A stretch of DNA of 64,000 nt from contig OX597826.1 in assembly GCA_951406725.2 (NCBI GenBank), positions 74,152,001-74,216,000 on the forward strand, read 5' to 3'. The notes below the pieces were generated by a model, which ran no database searches, was not told where the DNA came from, and saw nothing but the letters and a program-made list of their open reading frames with translations. This stretch comes from Octopus vulgaris. Lineage: Eukaryota. A program made the position numbers and the translations under genes. Positions 23,671 through 37,359 of this stretch are shown in pieces (the stretch's first letter is position 1; each line of letters opens with the position of its first letter).

Positions 23671-24560
23671 AACAAAAAAGCAACAAAAAAAAAAAAGAAT
23701 ACCGTATTTTCCAACCTACAAGTCAAATTTTTCAAACAAAAATTTACAGTCAGAACAAAGTAGGTGGACTTATACACCAAGATGACTTAAGAGGACCAAA
23801 AAATTCCACATGGAATGCTGCAGGATTGACGATGTTTGGATGTTTACACATTTCCTCACTTTGTATGCTAGAAAAATGGTACAAGAAATTTGGTGATTAC
23901 TTTTGCCCCATGCTGCTTTACCTGTTTAATGCAACACACCTAATTTAAAGATTCAAAATGTGGCAAAAAGTGTTTATTATATGCAAATAAAATGCAATCC
24001 TATTTAAAAGTAGTTAAACCGGTAAAACACCCAAAGTAATTTTCTCTGCTAATTCTTTCTGGCACCTTTACAATGTTTTGCTAACCATATTCGTTTAGAT
24101 TACTTAACACTTCTGTTCCGTCCAAGTTTGTGGCGCTTTCAGATTCTATTTGCAAACTTACGTAAATAATTCCTTCAATTGATGTTTATTTTGATTTGAT
24201 GAAAGGATTAAGAATTTGAGAATATCTTTCTTGTATATTACGTTGGATTAAAAGCATCTTCAGAGTAAAAGATAATCTATATCCTCCTCCTCCTCCTCCT
24301 CCACCCTCCCCTAATCCTCCTCCCCACCAATGCCACTACCACCACTACCATCATCATCATCACCATCACCACCACCACATACCACCACCACCACCACCAC
24401 CACCGCCATCATCATCACCACCACCACCACCACCACCACCACCACCGCTATCATCATCACCATCACCATCATGATCATTATCATCATTTAACATCTGATG
24501 ATGATATGAATAATTTTTTACCCTGAAGATTTTTTAAAAATCCCTAGTATGCATGCACAT

Positions 24561-24608
<48 letters not shown>

Positions 24609-24636
24609 ACACACAATAGTGTATAGCCATACTTAC

Positions 24637-24796
24637 CATGTTTGTGTACACACTCAAATTTGGGAAGATCTTTTGGTGTGGAAATATTTCCAGAAAAAAT
24701 CTTCTCACCAGCTAAATATTTGGAAACATATTGGGCTATGAATGATGTCATTAGAGCATAGGATGCATGCATTTCTCTATCATTGCACATTGTCAG
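24637..24796 (-). CDS. Candidate 160-nt coding exon of an unidentified minus-strand gene
   Basis: Acceptor tttgatattcatAG, consensus donor ATG|GTAAGT, and a single open frame LTMCNDREMHASYALMTSFIAQYVSKYLAGEKIFSGNISTPKDLPKFECVHKH. In frame with the candidate exon at 25021-24976. Confidence 0.4.
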
Positions 24797-24975
24797 CTAT
24801 GAATATCAAATTTGTCTTTCATGACCCTGTATGAATGATAGTTATGATTTATAAGAAGAGTACATAGTACATTTACTGATGTGCATAAAGCTTGATCAAA
24901 CTGGAATTAAATAACTAGACACACACAAAACAACCTTGAAAAAAATACACTCATATACAACCATAATTAACATAC

Positions 24976-25021
24976 TTGTGTACATTTGCATCTGGGGAGA
25001 CTTTTCACTGCTGAAATAGAC
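24976..25021 (-). CDS. Candidate 46-nt coding exon
   Basis: Acceptor aattttctctcAG and donor CAA|GTATGT. Reads SISAVKSLPRCKCTQ in the phase required by the next exon, across a 179-nt intron. Confidence 0.35.
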
Positions 25022-25721
25022 CTGAGAGAAAATTATCTTTCGCTTATGTGTGACTGCATAAAACTCTGCAAAGTAACTGAATTCAGTTGTTTTCAGTCAC
25101 AGGCTACACATCATTAATGTGGACTGTTAACATGTTGACCTTTTAGCATTTGGGTTACTCTGTCAACTGTAATATTTATTATTTATTCACATTGCTTTGA
25201 ATCAATCAAACATTATCTTGTAGTTTCAGGATTTCAATGATATGATTGTTTATTTGTAGGTTAGGTGTAAGAAACTGGAGCTGGCCAGTTTGAACCTAAA
25301 ACAGGTTGAATATTTGGGTCAGATGAGGACTGAAAGAGGTTTTTGTGGAGAACCAAAGTTTTGTCATTCTCTGATAGTGTTAGCATATGACAGAAAAAAA
25401 TAATTCTGTGATAAAAATTTATAAAAAAAATATTTAGCTTTCAATCAAGCTCTGATCATTTGATTTTCTTTTCTGATATATTACATCCAAGACTTCTTTA
25501 TTTGCCACATAAAAATCACTGGCACTGGCACCTTGTAAAAAGCATCGGTATTGGTACTACGTAAAAAGCACCCAGTGCATTCTGTAAAGTTGTTGGTGTT
25601 AAGAAGGGCATCCGACTGTAGGGATCATGCCAAAACAGGTGATGGAGCCTGGTGCGGGCCCTGGCCTTACCAGCTCCTGTCAAAGAGTTCAACTCATGTC
25701 AGCATGGAAAATGAACGTTAA

Positions 25722-25778
<57 letters not shown>

Positions 25779-26009
25779 CCATTTGTAAGACAAGGTGGTA
25801 TTTAAGGAAGATTTGACCACAACTTTTTCAAATCAATTCACTGTGTAGAAGCTTCATCATTGGTTTGTTACAATGACAGTGGACATGATTGGCCCCATTG
25901 TGAAGTTGAAGTTGGCTTACCACACACTTAGATGAAGCTGAAAAGTTTACAGTAAAATGAGTCTAGTAAATACTTGGGGGCTTTTATGGGAGGACATGAA
26001 ACTCCAGTA

Positions 26010-26418
26010 ATTTTAGCTAAGATTTGAACTCAAAACTTGTCGCCAGTTTAATCAATATATTAGTATGTAAGTCACTGACAAGTTGGCAGAATGACTTAAC
26101 GAGGACTCGTCCCACCAAAAAGAAACACAGCTGTATAAAGATCTCTTGCCTGTTTCCATTATGATAAGGGAAAGGAGCTTGTGCTTTGCAGGACATTGCT
26201 GGTGAGCTAAACAAGAGCTGGCAACTGACCTTCTGCTATGGATGCCGAAGCCTGGCCATACTTGAGCAGGTCATCTGAGCACAATGTATGTAGGTCAACT
26301 CAACAGAAACAGTGGATGCCACCATGAAGACCCCCCTCAACAAATGCAGGGCCACGATGGATGGCACATGTGGGTTAAAAATGTCCAAGCATGTTCGGTC
26401 AGATGAAGGTTGATGAAG
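26010..26418 (+). mobile_element. RTE-like LINE 3' fragment
   Basis: IRERSLCFAGHCW*AKQELATDLLLWMPKPGH resembles RRLRFAGHCxR..LLLW..GRP at the RTE C-terminus. Confidence 0.65.
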
Positions 26419-26567
26419 ACTATATTGTAATGGATTCAAGCTTTTACTACATTCACTACAATTATTGTGCCTTAACAAGTAAAAAACAATTCTGCTTTCC
26501 CCAGTTTTGCGTGATAGACCACAGGTTTCAGTTCTGTTTCAGATTTGAATGATTAACATTAAGAGAA

Positions 26568-27085
26568 GCATCATCATCATCATCATCATTGTTTAACGTC
26601 TGCTTTCCATGCTAGCATGGGTTGGACGATTTGACTGAGGACTGGCGAACCAGATGGCTGCACCAGACTCCAATCTGATCTGGCAGAGTTTCTACAGCTG
26701 GATGCTCTTCCTAATGCCAACCTTTCTGAGAGTGTAGTGGATGCTTTTAAAGTTCCACTGGCATGGGGCCAGTCAGGTGGTACTGGAAACGACCTTGCTC
26801 AAATCTTTTACACATGCCACCGGCACAGGTGCTGGTAACGATCACGCTCAAATGGTGCCTCTTACATGCCACCGGCACGGAGGCCAGATAACCGCTCTGG
26901 CAATGATCATGCTTGGATGGTGCTCTTAATACCCTACTAGCACAGGGCTCGAGTGCCAGTAAGGCGACGCTGGTAACAATCACACTCGAATGGTGCCTTT
27001 TATGTGCCACAGGCATGGAAGCCGGTTAGCCACTCTGTCAACGATCACACTCGCATGGTGCTCTTTGCACCCCACTAACATGGAC
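26568..27085 (-). mobile_element. SINE family B with internal tandem subunits
   Basis: (CAT)n tail and body, then several diverged repeats of ...tggtgcct(c/t)tta(c/t)(a/g)tgccac..ggca... Confidence 0.85.
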
Positions 27086-27359
27086 GTTGTTAAAAAAAAA
27101 AACCCAAGATACAATGGATGTCAACTGAAGGGTCTCAGCTGTGATGTAGGAAATGATTAGTCTTGGGATCCGAATTAGAAATTGCAAAACAAAGAAGGAA
27201 CATTAACGAAAGTTGCTGGATTTTACAGATTGGCTGAGATGAACTGGTTTTATGGATGCTTCACATCTCAGAAGAATTGGATAGTTTCATGGACAGGTAC
27301 TTTGGGTAAGATATATCTGTTTGGGTAGATAAATGGAAGTAACAGGGTGTGAGATGGAA

Positions 27360-27754
27360 GGGGGAGAAAGAGAAAGAGAGAGAGAGAGAGAGTGAATGAG
27401 GTGTGTGTGTGTGTGTGTGAAAGAGAGAGAGAGAAAGAGAAAGAGAGAGAGTGAATGAGTGTGTGTGTGTGTGTGTGTGTGAAAGAGAGAGAGAAAAAGA
27501 GAGAGAAAGAGTGAATGAGGTGTGTGTGTGTATGAAATAGAGAGAGAGAAAGAGAACGAGTGAATGAGTGTATGTGTGTGTGTGTGTGAAAGAGAGAGAG
27601 AGAGAGAAAAAGAGAGAGAAAGAGTGAATGAGTGTGTGTGTGAAAGAGACAGAGAGTAAGAGTGAATGAGTGTGTGTGAAAGAGAGACAGAAAGAGAGAA
27701 AAAGAGAGAGAGAGAGTGAATGAGTGTGTGTGTGTGTGTGTGTGTGTGAAAGAG

Positions 27755-27803
<49 letters not shown>
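27360..27803. repeat. Compound (GA)n-gtgaatga-(GT)n minisatellite
   Basis: About seven variable-length units sharing the junction gagtgaatgag. Confidence 0.9.
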
Positions 27804-27804
<1 letters not shown>

Positions 27805-28147
27805 ATGGTGGTGGCAGGGAAAGGAAATTAGCAGATGCCGTTCTGTTTATTTAATCAGAGGCTGGCAGCGTGGGTGGGGAGCGAGATGAAGTAATTAAAG
27901 CCTGAAGAAACAAGTCAGATCTTCAAAGATGCACAAAAGATAACAGGCGGAAAAAGAATAGAAAATGGTATTTTTAACAAGAAGAGGGAGTGGCACATAT
28001 GAGTGTATTACATATGCAGGCACAACCACACTTCTGTGAACATACACGACTACACACACACACACACACACACACACATATTCATAAATATTGTGTATGT
28101 GTGTGTATATATATATATATATACAGACACACACTTGCGTTTACATT

Positions 28148-28194
<47 letters not shown>

Positions 28195-28390
28195 CTACTT
28201 TTGTATACGCTTACATAGTGACACTTATACATACATGCATGCTTCTTTATATTCTCACAAATATACTTGGATGTGTGTATATATGTTTGTGTGTGTGTAT
28301 ATATATATACATTTATTTATATATATATATTTATTTATATATATATATATATATATTTATTTATTTATTTATTTATATATATATATTTAT

Positions 28391-28436
<46 letters not shown>

Positions 28437-28786
28437 CTCACATACACATGCATACACACACACACATTTATACTTGAATATTATACATATATATTTGCAT
28501 ATTAGATGAGAGAGGAGAAAAAAGGGAATTTGTCAAAGGTTCAGAGATTAAATGCAAGCGGGGCGGGTGGGGAGTTCAGGAAATTATCTCTGCCATTAAA
28601 TGTTTCTGACATAAATATGTAAAAACGAGGACTCTTTCCGACTTGGTTGTCCAGTGTCCCTATATTTCTGAGGTGATATGATGTTAGGAAGCTGTGAATT
28701 TCACTCTTTTTTCCCAGAGGCATTGAAGTAGAATTATAGAAGAGACAGGGAGATAGGATTGCAGAAAGAGAGAGAGAGAGAGAGAA

Positions 28787-28826
<40 letters not shown>

Positions 28827-29106
28827 GGAGAGAGAGGGTGGGGAGAGACTTGTTCCTTTCTGTTCTATGCAATCTGTCAGCAGCTTATAAGAATGCAAGT
28901 GATTGGTGGAGACCAGAATGGTTTGAGTAGTGATGTAGTTGATGCCACTTTCATATTTTCCTCTCTTCAACATAGATGCCAGTGTCAGTCTAATAATCTT
29001 GCTTTACAGAGAGTCTCTGCCAAGCTTCTCTTCTTTATTTATTCCAAGTCAAGCATTGTATCAACCTTTTGACATGTAGCAGTGATGATTAATGGCCTGC
29101 ATTATT

Positions 29107-29382
<276 letters not shown>

Positions 29383-29536
29383 GTTTGTCCACAAACCATT
29401 CTGTTGCAAATAACTACAACAAATGATGAGGATCAGATAAAATGAGGAACAACATCAATCACGAACATGTCTCAAATATACGTTGAGCCTGATATTAATC
29501 ATGCGCATATTTCAAATATATACAGAGAGAGATTAA

Positions 29537-30401
29537 CCCTTACAATGCCAACCTGCATGAGACTGTCCCTGATTCTACAATACTCTTTAGTCTTTACTCT
29601 TTTACTTGTTTGACTGTGGCCATGCTGGAGCACCACCTGGGGTCGAGCAAATCAACCTCAGGACTTATTCTTTGTAAGCCTAGTACTTATTCTATCGGTC
29701 TCTTTTGCCGAACCGCTAAGTTACGGGGACGTAAACACGCCAGCATCAGTTGTCAAGTGATGTTGGGGGAACAAACACAGACACACACACATCCACACAC
29801 ACACACACACACACATGTACATATATATATACATATATACATATATACGACGGGCTTCTTTCAGTTTCCATCTACTAAATCCACTCACAAGGCTTTGGTC
29901 AACCTGAGGCTATAGCAGAAGACACTTACCCAAGGTGCCACACATTGGGACTGAACCTGGAACCATGTGGTTTGTAAAGAAGCTACTCACCACACAGCCA
30001 CTCCTACACCTAATACAAACTTTTTGGTTTAAAGTGATTTAAATTAAGACCGTCTGTCAAAATTCCAGGTTATTTTATGTTTCAAACACTAGCATAACAA
30101 TGACAAAATTATTTTATTAAGTCCTTCATTTTTCTTAAAATTGATTTAAAAGAAAGTCAGTGTTTTTCAACAGAAATATTCTTTTCGACTCTAGGCACAA
30201 AGCCCAAAATTATTGGAGTGGGAGCCGGTCGATTAGATCAATCCCAGTACACAACTGGTACTTAATTTATCAACTCTGAAAGGATGAAAGCAAAGTTGAC
30301 CTCGGCGGAATTTGAACTCAGAATGGAAAGACGTACAAAATACTGCTAAGCATTTTGCCTGGTGTGCTAACAGTTCTGCTAGAAATATGGTAATGAAACA
30401 A
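29537..30401. mobile_element. piggyBac-type MITE interrupted by two SINEs
   Basis: TTAA-cccttac... and ...aatatggtaatgaaacaa-TTAA ends. The body matches the intact copies at 58215 and 58558. Contains SINE A (29582-30011, -) and SINE C (30180-30380, -, TSD agaaatat). Confidence 0.7.
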
Positions 30402-31068
30402 TTAAGCTGTATTACATTCGCCACAGGCTTTTGCACAAAGAAGTTTTGGTGTCTTGCAGAGGTCATTAGTTTGTTACGTAGAAGTACTGGACTGAAATGG
30501 TGCTACATTACAAGGCAATCAGCTGTGATCCTCTTATATTTCTGCTTCTAGTTGCTTGTAAAGACATGTGGCTTTGCGGTTGGCATATTCAGCCCAAGCA
30601 TGTAAAAAGAACCATCCAAATGTGGCCAATGCCGGCACCACCTCGACTGGCTTCCGTGCTGGTGGCACGTAAAAAGCACCTTCCGAATGTGGCTGATGCC
30701 AGCACTGCCTCGACTGGCTTCCGTACTGGTGGCACGTAAAAAGCACCTTCCGAATGTGGCTGATGCCAGCACTGCCTCGACTGGCTTCCATGCCGGTGGC
30801 ACGTAAAAAGCACCAACTGATCACGGTCATTGCCAGCCCCCTCTGGCTCCTGTGCCGGTGGCATGTAAAAAGGTGATATTTCCTCATGGCCAGATATGCT
30901 TTTCATGGAAGACTGGAAAGGAACATCACTTGTTTGAATGTAATGCTCATATACAATGGTCACATGATGTTAAGACAACAGTACACCTTGAGCACAAACA
31001 TGCACGTGCACACACACACACACTCACATACACACACATACACACACATGCATGCACACTCACACACA

Positions 31069-31101
<33 letters not shown>

Positions 31102-32168
31102 CCATGATGGGCTTCTTTCAGTTTCCGTCTACCAAATCCACTCACAAGGCTTTGGTCAGTCCAGGGCTTATAGTAGAAGGCACTTGCCAAGGTGCTGCAC
31201 AATGAGACTGAACCCACAACTACATCATCATCATCATCATCTAACATCCATTTTCCATGCTGGCATGGGATGGATGGTTTGACTAGAGCTGGTAAGAGTA
31301 TGGGCTGCACCAGGCTCCGTTGCCTGTTTAGGCATGGCTTCTATGGTTGGTGTTAGAAACGTGTTGGATGCCCTTCCTAACACCAACCACTTTACTGAGT
31401 GTGGACTGGTTACTTTTTACATAGCACCATCACCAGTGCTTTTTACATAGAACCATCGCCGGTGCTTTTTAGGTGGAACCATCACCAATGCTTTTTATGT
31501 GATGCCACCACTGGGAAATTATATTCAATAATTTTACCAACCTTAATAGAATGATGTATCTAATTGTGAGACTGTCACAGACCTACTGATTAGTCTAAGT
31601 AACTGTTAGTTATTCCTAAAACCTACATTAGAGATTTTTGACACCGAGAATGGAATAACAGGAAATTAAGGGGGGAAATGAAATTAAAAAAAAAAACATG
31701 GTTCTTTCTAAGAGTAGAGCTGGTGTCACTTGTAAGATTGTTAACATTTTGGTGAAGTGCTTCAAATTAACCCAGATATTGTGCTGTTTGCTTTTAGAAA
31801 TTCCTCTAACACTTAATTATGGAGGCATCATTAAAACTGCGTTGAAAAACAAACCAACAAATGAAAAACAACAAAAACACAAAAAGAAACGATTTCCAAT
31901 GTTCATTCTTCCTTGAACAATAACTACCTGCAGACATCCTTTCTGATCCCTTTTTATTCCTTTCATTACCGAATTTCTGTGTTGAAATGCACTGCTTTTG
32001 TAGCAATTAATTTTAATAATAATATTTTATAAATTAACTTTGTCGTTATTAAACTGATTGTTTTTTTTCTTTAAAAATAATTTAAATCAATGTCTTTCAT
32101 GTAAACGGGGTCTTTGTGGTTCAGTCAAATGTTTGTGTAAGTTATTGTAGAATATATATGATGGCTAC

Positions 32169-32290
<122 letters not shown>

Positions 32291-32628
32291 TTTTCTGTCT
32301 ACATGTTAGTTAGTTAGTTAGTTAGTTAGTTAATTTGGCTCAAAAGCAAATAGCAAGGCCATGTAGGGGGACATATTAAGATGAAATCGTTGCAGGTAGA
32401 GCTTTTCGGAATGACCCCGCAGCCGACGGGGTCATTCATACATACATACATGTATCAATTCACATAAATCATCATCATCATCATCATCATTTGACATCTC
32501 TGATCCATGCATTCATGAGTTATACATACAATTCATACACACACACACACACATACACACACACACACATACACACACATACACACATACACACATACAC
32601 ACACATACACATACATGCATGCACACGT

Positions 32629-32662
<34 letters not shown>

Positions 32663-32784
32663 CGGAGTAAACACATAAATGTGAAACAAGGTGGAAAAAA
32701 GAGTACTCAAATACCAGTGGTAGAGTAATATGCTTTATTTAAAGCTGCTTTAAATAAAGTATATATATATATATATATATATCG

Positions 32785-33265
32785 CTGACATGGCCAATGA
32801 CAGTTCCGCCTGATTGGCACTCATGCCAGTGGAACATTAAAAGCACTATCCGAGCGTGATTGTTACCAGGGCCACTGACTGGCTCCCGTGCCGTTGGTAC
32901 ATAAGAAGCACTATTCGAGCATGACCGTTGCCAGTGTCGCCTTACTGGCAAATGTGCCAGTGGAATATGAAAAACAACATTCGAGCGTGGTCGTTGCCAG
33001 TGCCGCCAGACTGCCACCCGTGCAGGTGGCACGTAAAAAACACCTTTTGAGTGTGGTCATTGCCAGTACTGCCTGACTGGCCCTTATGCTGGTGGCATGT
33101 AAAAGCACCCACTACACTCTCGGAGTGGTTGGTGTTAGGAAGGGCATCCAGCTGTATAAATTTTGCTAGATCAAATTGGAGCCTGGTGCAGCCTCTGGCT
33201 CACAAGTCCACAGTCAAACCGCCCAACCCATGCCAGCATGGAAAGCGGATGTTAAACAACGATGA
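32785..33265 (+). mobile_element. SINE family B with about five diverged internal subunits
   Basis: Repeated g(c/g)tggca(c/t)gtaaaa..cacc units ahead of the standard body and tail. Confidence 0.8.
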
Positions 33266-33509
33266 TATATATATATATATATGTTATATATTTAAAAGGT
33301 TTTGCAAACCTTACTTTATATAGTCACAATATTTGAAAACAGATTTTCTCAAAGGTTGTGGCTGTGTGGTAAGTAGCTTGCTACCCAGCCACATGGTTCT
33401 GGGTTCAGTCCCACTGCGTGGCACCTTGGGTAAGTGTCTTCTACTATAGTCTCGGGCTGACCAAAGCCTTGTGAGTGGATTTGGGACAAGAACTGAAAGA
33501 GGCTTGTCT

Positions 33510-33880
33510 TGTATGTATGTATGTATGTATGTATGTATGTATGTATGTATGTATGTATGTATGTATGTATGTATGTATGTATGTATGTATGTATGTATGT
33601 ATGTATGTATGTATGTATGTATGTATGTATGTATGTATGTATGTATGTATGTATGTATGTATGTATGTATGTATGTATGTATGTATGTATGTATGTATGT
33701 ATGTATGTATGTATGTATGTATGTATGTATGTATGTATGTATGTATGTATGTATGTATGTATGTATGTATGTATGTATGTATGTATGTATGTATGTATGT
33801 ATGTATGTATGTATGTATGTATGTATGTATGTATGTATGTATCTATCTATCTATCTATCTATGTGTGTGTGTGTGTGTGT
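33510..33880. repeat. Long perfect (GTAT)n microsatellite within a SINE A copy
   Basis: Direct reading; follows the SINE A head at ~33352-33508. Confidence 0.95.
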
Positions 33881-34078
33881 TCGTGTGTGCGTGTATCCTG
33901 TAGATGCTGGCTCTATACTTTTGTGAGTTGCAACTAAGTGACAAAATTAGCGATATTATTTAGAAGAGTGGAATAATATTATTTATTCAGTCCAGATTCT
34001 GTGTAAGCTACTCCTCAGAACTTCTTCATAATCATCAGGCAACATGATGACTATACACTGTATATTTATATATAAATA

Positions 34079-34121
<43 letters not shown>

Positions 34122-34906
34122 TACATATTTATAGTTACAATGTTGTAGTATTGATTATTTAGATTATGGTGTTTGATAAAATTTAGGCGATGGTAAATTA
34201 TTTATGAGCCGGTTATAATATAATTTGGTCAATAGCATCATGTAATATGGTATTTTGTACAAGAGCAGATGAGAAAATATCATTGCATGTGTTGTTAATA
34301 TGTAAGGTATTCTAATGTTTTATAGCTTGGGTTGAATAGCTTGAGTCGAGAAGGAACTAAGAATATGAATGAGGGTGTTTAAATAACTGATAGACAGATG
34401 CACAACTACATAAAGGATAGAAAGATATGAAAGGGAAAGCGCCGAGTTGAGGCTTGGACAGAGAATGTGAGAAAGTTGTTCATAGGTGTAGGAGTGGCTG
34501 TGTGGTAAGTAGCTTGCTTACCAACCTCATGGTTCCGGGTTCAGTCCCACTGCATGCCACCTTGGGCAAGTGAGTTCACAGCTGTAACCTACACCAGCAT
34601 CGCATAACCAGCCCACTCAAAAGTGCCTGGGATTGTAGGGCGACATGGCATGCTTGAGGAGACCTATTGAGTCAAGTACATCAACATCAACTTCAATATC
34701 AAATTACAATCAAATGGAAATTGTAGCTGTGACCCTCATGCCAGTGGCACATAAAAAGCATCCACTACACTCTCAGAGTGGTTGGCATTAGGAAGGGCAT
34801 CCAGATCAGACTGGGGCCTGGTGCAGCCTCCTGGCTTCCCAGACTCCAGTCGAACTGTCCAACCCATGCCAGCATGGAAAACAGACATCAAAAAATGATG
34901 ATGATG

Positions 34907-35000
<94 letters not shown>

Positions 35001-35554
35001 AGTCTCTGCAACTCTTTCTCTATTCACATTAAAAAAAATAATCTGTAAAGGAAGTTTAGGATAAATATTAGCAACAACATTGACCTCAACTTACTGTTGA
35101 CCTCAACAAAGTTAAAGGCTATTGTTGTTCCTCTTTGATAGATTTATTAATTGTGATTTGCTAATTAAGCACAAAACCAGTTAATTGGCAGGAGGAGGTC
35201 AGTTGATGCCATCGATTCCACTTCTTCATTAGTGCTTTATTTTATTGATCTTTAAAAAAGTCCAAATATGGTTGGCCTTGACAAGATTTCAGCTCAGAAC
35301 ACAAAGAACTATGGCTAAATATTGCTAAGTAATTTGTCCACTACACTAACAATTTTGATAATCCATCATAATCATTATCGTCATCATCATTTAACATCTG
35401 TTTTCCATGTTGGCATGGGTTGGACAGTTTGATTGAGGTCTGGAGAGCAAGCGGCTGCACCAGACTTCAATCTGATCTGTCAAAGTTTCTACAGCTGGAT
35501 GCCCTTTCTAATGCTAACCACTCCAAGAGTGGATGTTTTTTTATGAGCCAGCCG

Positions 35555-36140
35555 GGCGGGCCTGGCATCGATCACGTTCAGATAGTGCTTTTTATATGCC
35601 ACCGGCACGGGAGCCAATCAGGCGACCCTGGTGTTGATCACGTTCAGATAGTGCTTTTTATATGCCACCGGCATTGGAGCCAATCAGGCGACCCTGGTGT
35701 TGATCACGTTCAGATAGTGCTTTTTATATGCCACCGGCATAGGAGCCAATCAGGCGACCCTGGTGTTGATCACGTTCAGATAGTGCTTTTTATATGCCAC
35801 CGGCATTGGAGCCAATCAGGCGACCCTGGTGTTGATCACGTTCAGATAGTGCTTTTTATATGCCACCGGCATAGGAGCCAATCAGGCGACCCTGGTGTTG
35901 ATCATGTTCAGATAGTGCTTTTTACATGCCACTAGCATCAATCATGTTCGGATAGTGCCTTTTACATGCCACCAGCACAGGATTCAATCAGGCAGCCCTG
36001 GCATTGATCACGTTCAGATAGTACTTTTTATGTACCACTGGCACAGGATTCAGTCAGGGGGAACTGGCATTGATCATGTTCGGATAGTGCTTTTTACGTG
36101 CCACCAGTATGGGAGCCAGTCAGGCAGACCTGATACCAAC
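35555..36140. repeat. 66-bp tandem array derived from a SINE B subunit
   Basis: ggcgaccctggtgttgatcacgttcagatagtgctttttatatgccaccggca(t/c)(t/a/g)ggagccaatca with period 66 (35621, 35687, ...), degenerating after 35935. Confidence 0.92.
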
Positions 36141-36269
36141 CAATAAATTTTAATAACTGTTTCTATTTTTGGCCCAAGGCCTCACATTTTAGGGATATGT
36201 GGCTTATTCAATTATGTCTGTCCCATTGCTTGACCGGTAGTTATTTTATCGACACTGATATATATCGAT

Positions 36270-37250
36270 AAGAAGAGGGTTAGCTATGGGTTCGCCAGTA
36301 TCACTGATAATAGCCAATATATACACGGAATACTTCGAGAATTTAGCTTTAGAATCAACACCACTCAAACAACCCTATGGCTGCGATATGTTGATGACAC
36401 CTTCATACTCTGGGCCCACCAGGAAGATGTCCAAGTGCTGTTAGATCATATGAACTCAATAAAGCCATCCATACAGTTCACAATGGAAAAAGAAAAAGAC
36501 AATCAGCTAGCATTCCTGGACGTATTAATAACACACACCAAGTATGGATTCAGGACATCTGTATACTGCAAGCCAACTTTCGCTGGATGATACCTCAACT
36601 TCAGCTCCCACCATCCATACAGTGTAAAGAGAGGGATTGCTCAGTGCCTAAAACATCGAGCAATGAATATAAGTAGCGATCGTGATACTCGCCACGAAGA
36701 AATGATCAAGCTCAGTAACAATCTATTAAGCAACAACTACCCCAAAAGCATACTCTCCACTCCAATTATGAAGAAAAGAGAGGATGAAACCCATAAACTG
36801 TCCATAGTCTGTCTACCCTATGGGAAAGGCCTCTACGAAAAGATACAAAAGATATGTGGCCCATATGACGTAAGGACAGTATACAAGAGTAATACAACAC
36901 TTTGCAAATATCTCCTTTGAGTAAAGCCACCAATAGAAGAGAATATGACCAAAGACTGAGTGTACTCCATTCCATGCAGCAGTGGTAGGTTATACAAAGG
37001 CGAAACATGCTGACCCCTCAAGATAAGGGTAGACGAACATCGCAAAGCTGTGACATGGGGAGATATTGATAAATCAGGTATAGCTGATCATGTATGGAAA
37101 AATGGAGACCACTTCCCCCTGTAGAACACCACTGGAAAATATGGAAACTAAAAGAAGCAGCACATATGCTGGGACATAACAACCTCCTAAGCAGACTAAG
37201 TGCAGATATGAACAGCATATGGGAACCGGTATTAAGGAAGGATAGGAGAA
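36270..37250 (+). mobile_element. Penelope-like element: RT C-terminal half plus GIY-YIG endonuclease (pseudogene)
   Basis: GLAMGSPVS..IANIY, WLRYVDDTF, IQFTMEKEKDNQLAFLDV, YLNFSSHHP, then VYSIPCSSGRLYKGET..LKIRVDEH..SGIADH. Contains stops and frameshifts; 5' truncated. Confidence 0.92.
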
Positions 37251-37359
37251 TATTAGATTTATATACCCTAAAATTCACTCCATAATTGCCCACAGGCATA
37301 TGGCGTGGTGGTTAAGAGTGTGGGCTACTAACCCAGAGATTCTGAGTTTGATTCCAGCA

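Noticed and set aside
35420-35935. 171-aa ORF with a Cys/His-containing 22-aa repeat
   Set aside because: It is the translation of the 66-bp SINE-derived array, not a zinc-finger gene.
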